A DNA stretch of 64,000 nucleotides from Mobula hypostoma (Eukaryota), in the NCBI RefSeq assembly GCF_963921235.1, contig NC_086109.1, forward strand, positions 3,908,001-3,972,000, read 5' to 3'. The translations under genes and the position numbers were made by a program. The notes under the pieces are model-generated. The model was not told the origin of the DNA. It searched no databases and saw only the letters and a list, made by a program, of their open reading frames with translations. Positions 1-13,754 of this stretch are shown here, in pieces (positions within the stretch are counted from its first letter, which is position 1; each line of letters starts with the position of its first letter).

Positions 1-1181
1 TGCCATGTGGGGTCATTATAACTACGTAAATGGACATGTGTGCCTGATTAAAACATCAAACCGGAGATACATGATATATTATTTTACGTATACACAGTAG
101 TTCGTGGAGTAACAAACACGCTGTACGTCAGTGGGGCAGCAACACATGACAGCAGCAGCGGAGGGAGGCGGGAAGTGGTTAGATCTTAGAGGAGAGACCA
201 GGCTATGGGTCCTCCTCTAATATGGCTGATTCTTCAAGTAGATGTCGAGATTTGACTGCCTTTTCTGAAGCTTGCCCTCATGAAGGAGTTCTCGGTTGTA
301 GGAAATCACGTGGAGAACACCTCTCTTTGCCTTACTGCTTCGCTACCAGTCAGGGTCATTATCGATGAACTGGTCCATGATTTCTGTGATCTTGGTGATG
401 CTAGTGCTGAGGAATTTTGTGGTGATGTTTATTGCTGGTGTTTTCTCTACTCCATTTGTGTCCTCAGATTCCCCCAGGATCTGCTGCTCTGCCAGTTCTC
501 GAAGCTCTTCATTATTAAGGCTCTTGCTGTCTGCACTAGCTGCTTCATCGCAGGTTACTGTGTTGTTTAGATCTATCAAACCAACCTCTGCTGCTGCAAA
601 TGTTACCAAAGTATCTTCTTTTTCTTCTTGAATATGACTGAAGATGCTTCTTGGCTTTTCCAGTATTATCAGCTGGCCTAGGGACATGTTTCGTTTTGTT
701 TGGTCATCTACCCATACATTTAGTCCTAGTTCCCACTTTTTCAAGTAAGTGGCTTCTTGAACGAGTCACCTTCGATGATGGTAACTTTCAGGTTATCGTT
801 GCATCTTGTCTGTATTGTTCTGATCATCGATGTGGCCAATTTCAAAGAGGACCGAGACCAACCAGATGCTCATCAGCTTCCAAACACCGTATCACTTGCC
901 ACTTCACATCCATACTGATGCTTTCCCAAGACATCTTGGATGTTCTACCCTCCCTGGAGGTTTTCCAGACATTATGGGTGAAAAAAATGTTTACTGTAAC
1001 GGCAGCCGCTCTTGAGAAGTTTTAAGTGTTCTTTAGAATGAATTTTTATCATTCTTAAAAATTTCAATAAAGAATTGAATAACCACGTTGTAACGAATCA
1101 GCGCCATGCGGGGTGGCAGTATGCAGGGTGGCAGTATGCGGGGTGGCAGTATGCGGGGTGGCAGTCTGCGGGGCCTGAGTG
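1..1181 (-). mobile_element. Tigger/pogo-like DNA transposon remnant, internally deleted
   Basis: Minus strand from ATG at 972 reads MSGKTSREGRTSKMSWESISMDVKWQVIRCLEA (HTH-psq-like), then a CENP-B-like segment (LNVWVDDQTKRNMSLGQLIILEK) joined directly to a Tigger-like C-terminus (DNDPDW*RSSKAKR); no DDE domain seen. Confidence 0.7.
1106..1180 (+). repeat. 15-bp tandem repeat (ATGCGGGGTGGCAGT) x~5
   Basis: Four near-exact units plus one degenerate unit, at the end of the Tigger remnant. Confidence 0.9.
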
Positions 1182-2062
1182 TAGAGGTGTTCAAGAGGCT
1201 CTTGGGTAGACACGTAGTTTCCTCCTGGTACATGCTATACAACTTTACCAGGCTGGTGACCTTCACTACGCACGGAGGCACAAGCAGCTCACTGGAATTA
1301 ATATTGATTACTTCAAATGAAGGTGCAAGCTTTCTCTTCCACTTCTGAGTAGTCAGCTGAACAACAGAGAGCAGGAAACACCAGTGAAGGCCGAAGGGAT
1401 GCTGAAGAGGAAATGGAACGATCAAATGGATGCATCCAAAGCTGAATCGCAATTAACTGAGGAAGGCGATCGAGGCACTGAGATTTTGTGTGAGCTTTGC
1501 CTTTCAGTCTCTAGCATAGCATCTGGGAGAGATTTGACTGCCGCCTGGGGGAAACATTTCACTTTATACGTAAATGCCAAAATTGAGGGTTAGATGAAAA
1601 TAAAAATGAGCTGTGTAATGCTACAAATAAGTTTTGACTCTGGTTGAACAGAAACAGAAGGGAGTGCTGCTGCAGGTAGAGTACTGTCAACATACAATCC
1701 GCCGTGGAGTCAAATATCTGTGACACTTCAACTTGCCCTAAGCCTCAATACCATGAGTTAAAATGCCTCTTATATTCACATATAAATTATTCTCACAATG
1801 ATGCTAATAATCAGGCATTATGGATTGTTGAATTCTCTGAACCTGGCAGTGAAAGTATAACACCAGTCCCATCTGCCTGTGTTTGGTCCATATCACCCAG
1901 AACCTTTCCTATCCTTGTACCTGTCCAAATGTCTCTTTCACACTGTAATTGTACCCACGTCTACCACTTCCTCTGGCAGCTCGTTCCATACACACATCAC
2001 CTCTCTGTGTGGAAAACTTGCTGCTTTAAATTGTTGCTGTCTCTCTTTAAACCTATCAAGTA

Positions 2063-3030
2063 TTGAAGGGTCTAGAGTGGACGGAAAGGGATTTCCTATA
2101 GTAGGGGTGTCTAGGACCACAGGGCACAGCCTCAGAATAGAAAGATGTCCCCTTAGAACAGAGATGAGGAGGAATTTCTTTAACCAGAGGGTGGTGAATC
2201 TATGGAATTCGTTGCTGCAGATGGCCAAGTCATCAGGTATATCTAAAACAGAGGTTGATAGGTTCTTAATTAGTCAGGGTGTCAAAAGTTATGAGGAGAC
2301 TAGAGTTGAGAGAGATAATAAATCAGTCATAAAACCATAAGATATAGGAGCAGAATTCGACCATTTTGCCCATCGAGTCTGCTCCGCCATTTCATCAATC
2401 TGACCCATTTCCCTTTTCAGCCATGATGGAATGGCTGAGCATCTGCTCCTGTCTCATGGTCTTAAATTAACAGTCTCTGGTTTTAGATTCCCTTAACCTG
2501 GGAAAAAGACTGTGACCTTCCACCTTCTCTTTTTGGAATTATTAATAATTTTTCAGATAAGTTACAGGGGTTCCCAAACTCGGGTCCACGGGCCTCTCAG
2601 CTAATGGTAAAGCTCCATGGCATAAAGAGTTTGGGAAAATTCTGATCTATAATATATTTCCATCTTATTGATTATATTCGAAACATAAGACCATAATATA
2701 TAGGAACAGAATCAGACCATTTGGTCCATCAAGTCTGCTCCACCATTTCATCATGGCTGATCCAATTTTCCCCTCAGCCCCAGTCTCCTTTTCGCCTGTA
2801 CCCCTTCATGCCCTGACCAATCAAGAATCCATCAACTTCTGCTTTAAATGTGCCTAAAGTCTTGGCTTCCACAGCTGCCTGTAGCAAAGAATTCCACAGA
2901 TTCACCACTCTCTGGCTAAAGAAATCTCCCTCATCTCTATTCTAAATGGCTGTCCCTCTATTCTGGGGCTGTGTCCTCTGGTCCTAGACTCTCCCATCAT
3001 AGGAAACATCCCCTCCACGTCCGTTCTAAA
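2063..3030. mobile_element. Two CR1-like LINE 3' fragments in opposite orientation (~2063-2462 +, ~2690-3030 -)
   Basis: GHSLRIERCPLRTEMRRNFFNQRVVNLWNSL motif and its reverse complement. Confidence 0.8.
2565..2644 (+). mobile_element. ~80-bp hAT-like MITE (degraded copy)
   Basis: CAGGGGTTCCCAAAC...GTTTGGGAAAATTCTG; same family as 3117, 45170 and 57105. Confidence 0.65.
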
Positions 3031-3116
3031 CCATTGTAAATTTGATATGATCTGCACAGATTAATCAGCTGATCATCTGATAACTGGTTCTGCATCTGAT
3101 CAGTAGGTTGCAGAAG

Positions 3117-3196
3117 CAGGGGTTCCCAACCTGGGTTCCAGGGACCCTTCAATTAATGGTAGGGGTCCATGCAATAAAAAAGGTAGGAAACCCCTG
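3117..3196 (+). mobile_element. 80-bp hAT-like MITE
   Basis: TIRs CAGGGGTTCCCAACCT / AGGTAGGAAACCCCTG. Confidence 0.8.
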
Positions 3197-3399
3197 ATAT
3201 AGAAGGAAGTTGATGATTGACCAGGAGAAAGAAGATAAATTTTCCCTCAATGTGCCGAGTTACCCCGATAATATTTCACCTTTCTGTATGTCACTTTGAG
3301 TTACATTTTATAAACAATTCTGATTCTCTGCGGGGGTGAGAGTGGGGTGAAATGAAAGCCAGTCAGAAAGAGAATAAGGAAAGACTCAGTACGGTATCT

Positions 3400-3715
3400 A
3401 CTGGATCACAGAGTGATCGTCCTCTGTTTGGAAAATTGATTCTGCGGAACCAACACAGCCCACCAACTCCTCTATGGACAGTCCCAAGCCCGGCTGCAAA
3501 AGGAGGAGGATTGGGGCTGGGGTTAGCAACCCCATCCCTTAAAAACCCAGAGCTATAGAAGTGCCAACAGAAGCTCCAACGGCTTCATCCCAGGGAGAGG
3601 AAGGGTAGACCCAGAAGGTGGTTTACACTTGGGGACAACTTGAAAGCCTGGCCAGGATCGCTGGCGAGCTACCATCAGAATTCTGTGCCCCGGGAGGGGT
3701 GATGGGCTGGTGATG
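3400..3715 (+). mobile_element. RTE-derived non-autonomous element (second copy ~39520-39768)
   Basis: GGGGTTAGCAACCCCATCCCTTAAAAACCCAGAGCTA motif shared with ~39545; RTE-like 3' end; the 39.7 kb copy ends in an (AAG)-rich tail. Confidence 0.55.
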
Positions 3716-3899
3716 GAGAAGGAGGAGACACAGCACACTGTGTGCTGACAGGTAGCTCTGGCAAGACGCACAGCAGTTGAGGGGCAGAGGTGAGGGAGCC
3801 CATCCTTACCAGCTGTCTGCAATCCGATAGGAAGTCTTGGATCCAGCTACATAAGGCGGGGTGCAAGCTGAGGTCTCTGAGCTTCCCATCAAGTCTGGC

Positions 3900-4332
3900 A
3901 TCCCTACAGTTCTTCTTCTAAGGCCTTCTGAAAGTTGTTTTGATCAAGACACGGTGCACATAAACAGACCTTTCATGAGAAGAGCAGGCTCTGTCAGTAA
4001 CCTGACATTGTGTGTCTTTTTACAGCGCAGGGCACCTTTACAACCCACACCTCCAATCTCATCTCATTGATTGGGACTCATGACTCCAAATAGCTTCAGT
4101 AGAAGGCATTACCTCAGAGGTTCACATACTTTTTCCAACAAATACGTGCAATATTGGATCATTTTTCTTAATAAATAAATGAACAAGTATATTGTAATTT
4201 GTGTTATTTATTTAATTGGGTTCTCCATCTAGTTTCAGGACTTAGGTGAAGATGTGATCACATTTTAGGTCATATTTATGCAGAAATAAGAGAAAATTCT
4301 ACAGGGTTCAAAAACTTTCTAGCACTGCTGTA
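3900..4332. mobile_element. Tc1/mariner-like terminal fragment
   Basis: Ends GGGTTCAAAAACTTTCTAGCACTGCTG|TA; internal GGTTCACATACTTTT repeat of the Tc1 IR/DR type. Confidence 0.55.
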
Positions 4333-4627
4333 TACAGTGAAATGTGTCATTTACATCAACAAGCAACACATCCGCAGATGAGCTGGGGGCAGCTCACAAA
4401 TGTTGCCCTGCTTCTAACATCAACATAGCATGCCCACAATTTGCTAACCCTACTAACTTGTAGATCTGTGGAATAAGGGATGAAATACACATGGTCACAG
4501 GCTGGAATTGAACTCCGATCTTCCAATCATTGGTGCTGTATAGCATTACACTAATGGCTACACTGCCATGATGCCCTACTTCTGTCTCAGTCTGAGAAAC
4601 CACACTGTGTCGATAGCTGCCTTGATG

Positions 4628-5541
4628 TCAACGATACAAAGATTGGAGGTGTAGTAGACAGTGAGGAAGGTTTTCAGAGCCTGCAGAGGGACTTGGACCA
4701 GCTGGAAAAATGGGCTGCAAAATGGTAGATGGAGTTTTATACAGACAAGTGTGAGGTATTGCACGTTGGAAGGACAAACCAAGGTAGAACATACAAGGTT
4801 AATGGTAAGGCACTGAAGAGTGCAGTAGAACAGAGGGATCTGGGAATACAGATACAAAATTCCCTAAAAGTGGCATCACAGGTAGATAGGGTCGTAAAGA
4901 GAGCTTTTGGTACATTGGCCTTTATTAATCAAAGTATTGAGCATAAGAGCTGGAATGTTATGATGAGGTTGTATAAGGCATTGGTGAGGCCGAATTTGGA
5001 GTATTGTGTTCAGTTTTGGTCACCAAATTACAGGAAGGATATAAATAAGGTTGAAAGAGTGCAGAGAAGGTTTACAAGGATGTTGCCGGGACTTGAGAAA
5101 CTCAGTTACAGAGAAAGATTGAATAGGTTAGGACTTTATTCCCTGGAGCGTAGAAGAATGAGGGGAGATTTGATAGAGGTATATAAAATATGATGGGTAT
5201 AGATAGAGTGAATGCAAGCAGGCTTTTTCCACTGAGGCAAGGGGAGAAAAAAACCAGAGGACATGGGTTAAGGGTGAGGGGGAGAAGTTTAAAGGGAACA
5301 TTGGGGGGGGCTTCTTCACACAGAGAGTGGTGGGAGTATGGAATGAGCTGCCAGACGAGGTGGTAAATGCGGGTTCTTTTTTAACATTTAAGAATAAATT
5401 GGACAGATACATGAATGGGAGGTGTATGGAGGGATATGGTCCGTGTGCAGGTCAGTGGGACTAGGCAGAAAACGGTTCAGCACAGCCAAGAAGGGCCAAA
5501 AGGCCTGTTTCTGTGCTGTAGTTTTTCTATGGTTTCTATGG
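4628..5541 (+). mobile_element. CR1-like LINE, 5'-truncated, relatively young
   Basis: ORF 4729-5193 RT C-terminus (LYKALVRPNLEYCVQFWSP...RRMRGDLIEVYKI); 3' tail (TTTCTATGG)2. Confidence 0.9.
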
Positions 5542-6029
5542 TAGTCCTGGTCACCTCTCTGCAAGAATTTTTCTCTTTGGGCCAAGTGCGATGAGATGTC
5601 CTGTCAGAATCTAAACTCAACACTGGTCATCAACTTACTAGTAAGAAAATAAATGCTGCTTGATAGCACATTTGATAACGATCTGCCATCGTCTTCAAGG
5701 TTCAAGATTGTTTGAAGCTATTTCCAGTACACAAGTGTAAAAGAGAACAAAATAATTGTTACTCTGAATCCGATGCAGCGCAAAAAAAACACAGGATAAG
5801 ATAAATTATTTATTTATTTATTTTCTTCCTTTTTGTATTTGCTCAGTTAGTTGTCTTTTACACAGTGTTTGAGCACCCAAGTTGGTGAGGTTTTTCATTG
5901 ATTCTATTATGGTTATTATTCTATTATAGATTTATTGAGAATGCCCGCAAGAAAATGAATCTCAGGGTTGCATATGGTGACATATATGTACTTTGATAAT
6001 AAAACACAATAATTCTAAATACATAAGAT

Positions 6030-7420
6030 AGCTTATATAGATAGATTGTTTATATGTCCATAAAGTGATGCTAGGCACAGGAGTGGCTATATAAGATGGC
6101 TGACAGGAAATGATGAAGTAGTGGTGACTGGGGGTGTGGAGGGGAAGTTTTGTGGGTGGAGGTGCTGATCAGCATTACTACTTGGAGAAAGTAACTGTTT
6201 TTGTGTCTGGTGGCCCTTGGCATAGATGCTACGTAGCCTCCTCCCTGATGGGAGTGGGGCAAACAGTGGGACCCTTCATGATGGTATTGGCATCCCTCTG
6301 TATATATGTCCTAGGTGGCGGGTAGGCTGGGGCCAGTGATGCGTTGGGCAGTTTTGATTCCCTGCTGTAGAGTCATCCTGTTCACCGCAGGGCAGTTTCT
6401 GTACCCTGCACAAATGCAGCATGTCAGGATGCTCTCTACTGTGCATCTGCAGAATGTTGTGAGTATAGATGTGCACAGTCCAACTCCCTCAGCCTCCTCA
6501 GAAAGCAGAGGCACTGGTGAGCTTTACTGATAGTGCTCTGGGACCATGAGAGGTTTAGCAAGACGCGCGCTCCCAGGAGTCTGAGAGTTCTGGGAATATT
6601 GAATTGAATTGACTTTATTTCTTACATCATTCACATACATCAGGAGTAAAAATCTTTACGTTACATCTCCATCTAAATGTGCAGTGTGCAATCATAGTAA
6701 TTTATAATAAATAGAACAGTCGATGTAATATAGAGTATACTCAATCCAGTGTGAGTTCATCATTCTGATGGCCTGGTGGAAGAAGCTGTCCCGGAGACTG
6801 CTGGTCCTGGCTTTTATGCTGCAGTACCACTTCCCGGATCGTAGCAGCTGGAATAGATTGTGGTTGGGATAGCTTGGGTCCCCAATGATCCTAAGACCCC
6901 TTTTTACACAACTGACCTTGTAAATGTCCTGAATCACGGGAAGTTCACAGCTACAGATGCACTGGGCTGTCCGCACCATTTTCTGCAGAGCCCTGCGATT
7001 GAGGGAGATACAGTTCCCATACCAGGCAGTGATGCAGCCAGTCAGGATGCTCTCAGTTGTATCCCTGTAGAAAGTTCTTAGGATTTGGGGGCCCGTACCA
7101 AACTTCCTCAACCATCTGAGGTGAAAGAGGTGCTGTTGTGCCTTTTTCACTGCCCAGCTGGTGTGTACAGACCATTTGAGGTCCTCATTGAAGTGGATGC
7201 CGAGGAACTTGAAATTGTTTACCCTCTCAACCCCAGATCAATTGACGTCAATAGGGGTTAGCCCGTCACCATTCCTCCTGTAATCTACAACCAGCTCCTT
7301 TGCTTTTGTGACATTGAGGGAGAGGTTGTTTTCTTGACACCACTGTGTCAGAGAGATGACTTCTTCCCTTCAGGCCACCTCGTTATTGTTTGAGATAAAG
7401 CCAATGAATGTAGTGTCGGG
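6030..7420 (-). mobile_element. Two adjacent Rex1/Babar-like LINE fragments (~6030-6590, ~6598-7420)
   Basis: KKAQQHLFHLRWLRKFG...ESILTGCITAWYGNC...RDSFFHQAIR; (TCAAT)n tail near 6598. Confidence 0.8.
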
Positions 7421-7669
7421 TTGAGAGGCGGAGACTATTTGAAAACAGCCAAACAACCAGCCTGATGCAATAACATCCAGCAAGGTCAATGGGAAACATA
7501 GCTATCCTGGTTATTTGTGACAGGATGATGTTGGTTGGAGCATTGGGAAGATCCTCTGCCATTGTGTAGGATGGTTTATCTAAGCTGGAACAGACAAGAA
7601 CTCCAACTGACATCTCAAAATGTAGGTCCCTTTTCAGAAAATTCAGATCTCTTTCTGAATCTTGTGGAA

Positions 7670-8115
7670 AGGCATCACAGCGAACCGGGTTCGATTCCCA
7701 TTGCTGTCTGTAAAGAGTTCGTTACGTTCTCCCTGTGACCACATGGCTCTCTTCTAGGTGCTCCAGTTTCCTCCCACGGTCCAAAGACGTACTGGTTAGT
7801 AGATTAATTGGTCACACGGGTGTAATTGGGCACCACAGTCTCATTGGGTCAGGAGGGTCTGTTACCGTGATGTACCTGGAAATGAAATCGAACGCCACAC
7901 TCGGCACAAATGATTGCGGTATTTATTTATTGAGATACAGCGCAGAATAGGCCTTCTGACCCTTCGAGCCACACCTCCCAGCCTACTCTGATTTATCCCT
8001 AGCCTAATCACAGAGTAATTTGCAATAACCAATTCACCTATCAATTTTAGATTGTGGGAGGAGACCCACATGTTTAAAGGGAGGACGTACAAACCCTTTA
8101 CAGACAGCGGTGGGT
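7670..8115. mobile_element. Pair of tRNA-derived V-SINE-like elements in opposite orientation
   Basis: B-box-like GGTTCGATTCC and core GGTGCTCCAGTTTCCTCCCAC..CCAAAGAC. Other copies near 12960-13250(-), 28705-28980(+), 31920-32400(+), 38570-38890(-), 43870-44130(+), 45810-46125(+), 49225-49500(-), 53300-53510(+). Confidence 0.75.
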
Positions 8116-9243
8116 AACTACCACTGTACTGTACTGTTCTAAGCTCTGTATTCTAAAGCTGTACATCATTAGTTAGAGAAAAACAATCTCCACTCCATTC
8201 ACATAAAAGTTTTAAAAATTCCCCTTTAACTGCCTTGTTAAACATTGACAGAGCTAATCTTGTCTGTTAGACTAAAATAAACTATTCATCCTGGAATGAG
8301 TATGAGCAAAGTCATAACTTCTAACTCGATTTGTCTTTCACTAATATCCCTTAGAGAGGGGACGTTTAAAATGATTTGCAACCTGTTAATTGGGGAATGG
8401 ACATAAAATAATTCTTTAAAATATATTTGAAGAGTCAATATAGAGACAAAGGATTCTCTCAATCAGCATTTGCTTTCACTGATTGTAAGTGGCTTTTTCA
8501 GTTCCCTGTTACATTTAAAACATTATAATGTAATTTTCTACCCTGCAACTCCAGCCTTCTTTGTCAAAGGTCAAGCCTTGCAGTGACAGCCCAATATTAC
8601 TTGTATTCTGTCTTTTCCTCTGCATGGGTTATTTGCATATTTGAATCTCTAAGCAAGAAGTAGAATTAGAATAGAAAGGAGAAGCTTAGAAAAAGAATGA
8701 TATTTTCACAGATTAACATCTTAATGGAGTTTCAGTCTGCAGATTTCCAAGGCAATATTAATAACCAGAGATGGCAGCTTTAACAGTCTGCATCATTACC
8801 TGTGCTCCTGCACACGTTCTGCATGTGTTTAGGTCAAGGGGCTAGATCACAGCTCTGACTGCTTGCCATATCCTCTCACATCTATTCCTGGAGCAGGGAC
8901 TCTGTTTGTATTCATGTAATAGTTTCCTCGGTGATGAATAGAAATGAAAATGGGATTGAGCTACAACTTGTGCAAACCAGATCTTGGATTTCAATCTCGG
9001 AGCAAAGATGACCTTTTGCCCGGCCAAGAGCTATCTTAGATCCTTGACAATAAAATTAAATATAAACACCAAGAAGAAAGGCTCTGAAAGCAATATCTTT
9101 CTAATGCATGCTCTTCTGGCCAAAGTTGTCTTCAAGTGGGAGCTGTGCTATACCCTTGAGAACTTAAAAAAACAGTTAATCCAAGTAACGCCACAGTCAC
9201 TTCTGGTCAGAACCTGGTATGTGGATTTGTTTACACTAATAGA

Positions 9244-10665
9244 GTCATAGAAAAGCACAGCACAGAAACAGGCCCTACGGCCGATGTGATCCATGCTGAA
9301 ACCAGTGAATCTGCCTACTCCCACTGACCTCCACCAAGACCAGAGCCCTCCATACCCCTACCATCTATGTACCTATCCATACTTCTCTTAAATGTTGAAA
9401 TAGAGCTCGCATAGTCCACTTGTGTTGGCAACTCATTCACACTCTCATCACCCTCTGACTGAAGAAGTTTCCCCTCATGTTCCCCTTAAACTTTTCACCT
9501 CTCACCTTTAAGCCATGGCCTCTGGTTTTAGTCCCTCCCAACCTGAGTGGAAAATGCTTGCTTGCATTTACCCTACCTATATCCCTCATAATTTTGTATA
9601 CCTTTATTAAATCTCCTCCCAGTCTTCTATGTTCCAAGGAATAAAGTCCTAACCTCTTCATTCTTTCCTTAAGACTTAGGTCCTCCAGACACAGCAACAT
9701 GCTTGCAAATTTTCTCTGTACTCTTTCAACCTTGTTTACCTCTTTCCTGTTGGTGGGTGACCAAAACTGCACACAATACTCCAAATTCAGCCTCATCAAT
9801 GTCTTATATAACTTCAACATAACATCCCATCTCCTGTACTCAATACATTGATTTATGAAGGCCAGTGTGCCAAAAGCTTTCCTTATGACCCTGTCTACCT
9901 GTGATTGAATTATGTAGCTGTATTCCTGGATCCCTTTGTTCTACAGCACTCCTCAGCCCTACCATTCGCTGTCTACCGCCTACCCTGGTTGGTCCTACCA
10001 AAGTGCAACCCCTTGCATTTGTCTGCATTAAATTCCATTCACCATTTTTCCAGCTGGTCCAGTTCTCACTGCAAGCCATGATAGCCTTCCCTGCCGACCA
10101 CTACACCTTCCAATCTTGGTGTCACCTGTAAATCCACTGTCCAGTTAACCACTTTATCATCCACACCATTGATATAGATGATAAACAACAACAGACCCAG
10201 AACTCCACTAGTCAGTCAGAGAAGCAACCCTCTACCACCACTCTCTGGCTTCTCCCACAAAGCTAGTGTCTAGTAAAATTTACTACCTCATCCTGAATAC
10301 CAAGCGACGACAGAACCTTCTTGACCAACTTCCCATGCGGGACCTTGTCAAATGCCTTGCTAAAGTTCATGCAGACAACATTCACTGCCTTGCCTTCATC
10401 AACTTTCCTGGGAACTAACTCGAAAAAACTATAAGATTGGTTAGATGTGACCTACCACACGCAAAGCCATGCTGCCCATCCTTAATCAGTAGATGTCTAT
10501 CCAAAATCTTATATATCCGATCCCTCAGAATATCTTTCAGTAACTTTCCCATTACTGATGTCAGGCTCACAGGCCTATAACTTCCTTGTTTATGTTTAGA
10601 GTCTTTCTTGAACAGCACAACAACATTGGCTATCCTCCAATTCTCTGGTACCTCACCCATCACTA
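9244..10665 (-). mobile_element. CR1-like LINE RT region, degraded
   Basis: PENWRIANVVVLFKK...YRPVSLTSVMGKLL; LYKTLMRLNLEYCVQFWSP. Confidence 0.9.
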
Positions 10666-10729
10666 AGATTTTCCTCTTCCTAGTTCCTTACTTGTTGCCA
10701 TACCATGCTTGTTCATAGCATGTGTTAGA

Positions 10730-11352
10730 ATTTGTTTCGAGAGGACTAGAATATAAAAGCAAGGATGTGATGCCGAGGTTTGATAAGACATTGGTCAGAC
10801 CACACTTGGAGTACTGTGAGCAGTTTTGACCCCCGTATCGAAGGAAAGATGTGCTCTCATTGGAGAGAGTTCAGAGGAGGTTCATGAGAGTGATTCCAGA
10901 ATTGAAAGGGTTAATGTATGAGGAGCTGGTACTCACTGGAGTTTAGAAGAACTGGGGGAAGGACAGAGGGGGAGTCCCATTGAAACTTATTGAATATTGA
11001 AAGGCCTACATAGAGTAGATGTGGGGAGGATGTTTCCTATAGCGACGGAGTCTAAGACCAGTGAGCATAACCTCAGAATAGAAGGACATTGCTTGATACA
11101 GAAGTGAGGAGGAATTTATTTAGTCAGAATTTGGTGAGTCTGTGGAATTCTCTACCACGGACAGTGGTGGAGGTCAAGTCATTGGGTATATTTGATGTGG
11201 AGGTTGATAGGTTCTCAATTAGTAAGGGAGCCCAAGGTAACAGGGGGGAGGCAGAAGAACATGGTTGGGAGGGATAATAAATCAGCCATGATGGAATAGC
11301 AGAGCAGACTTGATGGGGTAAATGGGCTAATTCTGCTCTTATGTCTTATGGT
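10730..11352 (+). mobile_element. CR1-like LINE 3' fragment
   Basis: RRNLFSQNLVSLWNSLP; tail cttatgtcttatgg. Confidence 0.85.
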
Positions 11353-11429
11353 GTGGGGAACTGCGTGTTTTTAAGCTTTATGATGCCTTTGATAGATCAG
11401 CAAGAGCAAATAAAAGCCACGTTTCCAAT

Positions 11430-11880
11430 CTAGACTATACCATTTCCCACCCTGTCTCCTGTAAAAATGCTATTCCCTTTTCTCAGTTCCTTCATTTCTA
11501 CTGCATCTGTTCTCTGAATGAGGTTTTCCTTTGCAGAACATCAGAAATGTCCTCCATCTTAAAACAACAGGGTGTCCTTTCCTCCACCATTGATTCTGCT
11601 CTGACCCACATCAATCCCCTCTTCCCGGACATTCGTGTTCACCCCATCTTCCCGCCGCCTTAACAGTGACAGAGTTCCTCTTGTCTTTGCCTATCACCCC
11701 ATTAGCCCCTGTGTTCAAAAAATCATACTTAACAATTTCTGCCATCTCCAAAGAGATCCTACCACGAAGCACATTTTTACTTCCCTCCACTCCAAAATAC
11801 TCCACTTTCCCCAGTGATCACTCCCTCCATGATCCATTCATGCCTCCCCACTAATCTCCCTCCAACACTTAACCCTACAA
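11430..11880 (+). mobile_element. Penelope-like element ORF remnant (RT thumb/linker region)
   Basis: HPVSCKNAIPFSQFL...DRVPLVFAYHP...HLQRDPTTKHIF, typical of fish Penelope-like ORFs. Confidence 0.7.
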
Positions 11881-13601
11881 GTTCTAAGGCAAAATGTTTC
11901 TGTCTGAGCGGACAGCTACCGGACACGTTTTCTGTGTTTTTGATGGCTGTATCTAGCATAACATTTGTTTCCTCCCACTTTCCAGAAGATCATAAGATAT
12001 AGAAGCAGATGTAGACCATTCAGCCCATTGAGTCTGATCTGCCATTTGCTCAAGGCTGACTTATTTTCCCTCTCAGCCTTACTCTCCTGCCCTGTCTTTG
12101 ATTTCCTTACTAATCAAGAACCTGTCAACCTTCACTTTAAATATAGCGATGACTTGTCCTCCACAGCCATCTGTGGCAATGAATTACAGAGATTCACCAC
12201 CCTCTGGCTGAAGAAATTCCCCCCCATCTCTGTTCTAAAAGGACGTCCTTGTGTTCTGAGGCCCTAGGGTATTCTTGTACAGGAAACATCGTCTATACCC
12301 TTTCAATTTTCCACACAACTGCTGATGGGATATCGATAACTCCACTCAGATCACATTAACTTTAGATTGATTTCAACAAGACACTCAATTCCCCATCGCA
12401 TACTCTATCTCTGTTTCACTGGCCCACTGTTCCCATCCAACACTTCATTGTACTGTGTATACTTCTGGCTGAGTATCAAAGGAATCACTTGTAAGACCCA
12501 AGGTTTGGACGATTTAAGCATTGGGTCAGATTGAAAAGGTCAGGATGTCGAGGCTGGAGGCGAGGAACTGGCCAGTTCAGCTCACTGCTCCATGACGGTT
12601 ACTTGTCTGTGCATTAAACTGGGGTAGCGGTCTGCCATTATTGGGCTCTTGAATTGACTGCAGTGATGACTGGCTTCGTGGCTGTGGACTCACTTTTGGG
12701 AATGTCTGAATATTATTTGCTTGCTTTTATTGTTTGCACGATTTGTCTTTTCTCTGCACACTAGGTCTTTCTTTTAAATGTGTTCTGTTGGGGTTTCTTT
12801 GTTTTGTGGCTGCCTGTAAGGAAACAAATCTCAAGGCTGGATGTAATATATATACAGTACTTCGATAATAAATGTACTTTGAACTTCTTCCTTTTAACAG
12901 CATGGAATAAACATAAAAATTAGAAACTTTTCTTTTTGTTAATGTTTTGTTTGCTGTTACTTTTTTATTTTTGTTTATATATTGAGATACTTCGCAGAAT
13001 AGGCCCTTCTGGCCCTTCAAGTCATGCGCCCAGAAACCCCCGATTTAACCCTAGCCTAACCACGGGACCATTTACAGTGACCAATTAACCTACAATCCAG
13101 TACATCTTTGGAATGTGGGAGGAAACCGAAGCATTGGAGAAACACTGTCATGGGGAGAACTCACAAACTCCTCACAGACAATGGCGGGAAATGAACCTGG
13201 GTTGCTAGTATGGTAAAGCATTGTGCTCATCACTATGCTACCATGCCGCCCCAGAACACAAATTGTATTTGATTCAGACAGTTTGGCTGATAAGAGTTGA
13301 ACTGCTCCAGAGTGCATTGGGGGTGCTAAGTCCCAGAGCAAAGAACGCTAGAGATTTCCTGACGTTACATCTTTCCTTGATGGTTGCGTTCAATGAGTGG
13401 GGTTGAATCAGACTGATGAATGTCACCCAGAACCTGCCACCACCATCCTTGTGAAATCTCTGAAGACTGCTGAGGCTGAGCCCATGAATGAACCCTACTC
13501 ACTACTTGCTGTCTTTTTGCACTGCTGGTTAATTTTATATAAATTTATACTCATTTTAATTTACAGTAATTTTTGTCTGTACTGCTGCTGCAAAACAATA
13601 A

Positions 13602-13754
<153 letters not shown>

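Noticed and set aside
7670..7890. tRNA gene (B-box GGTTCGATTCC)
   Set aside because: Head of a multicopy SINE; no complete cloverleaf seen
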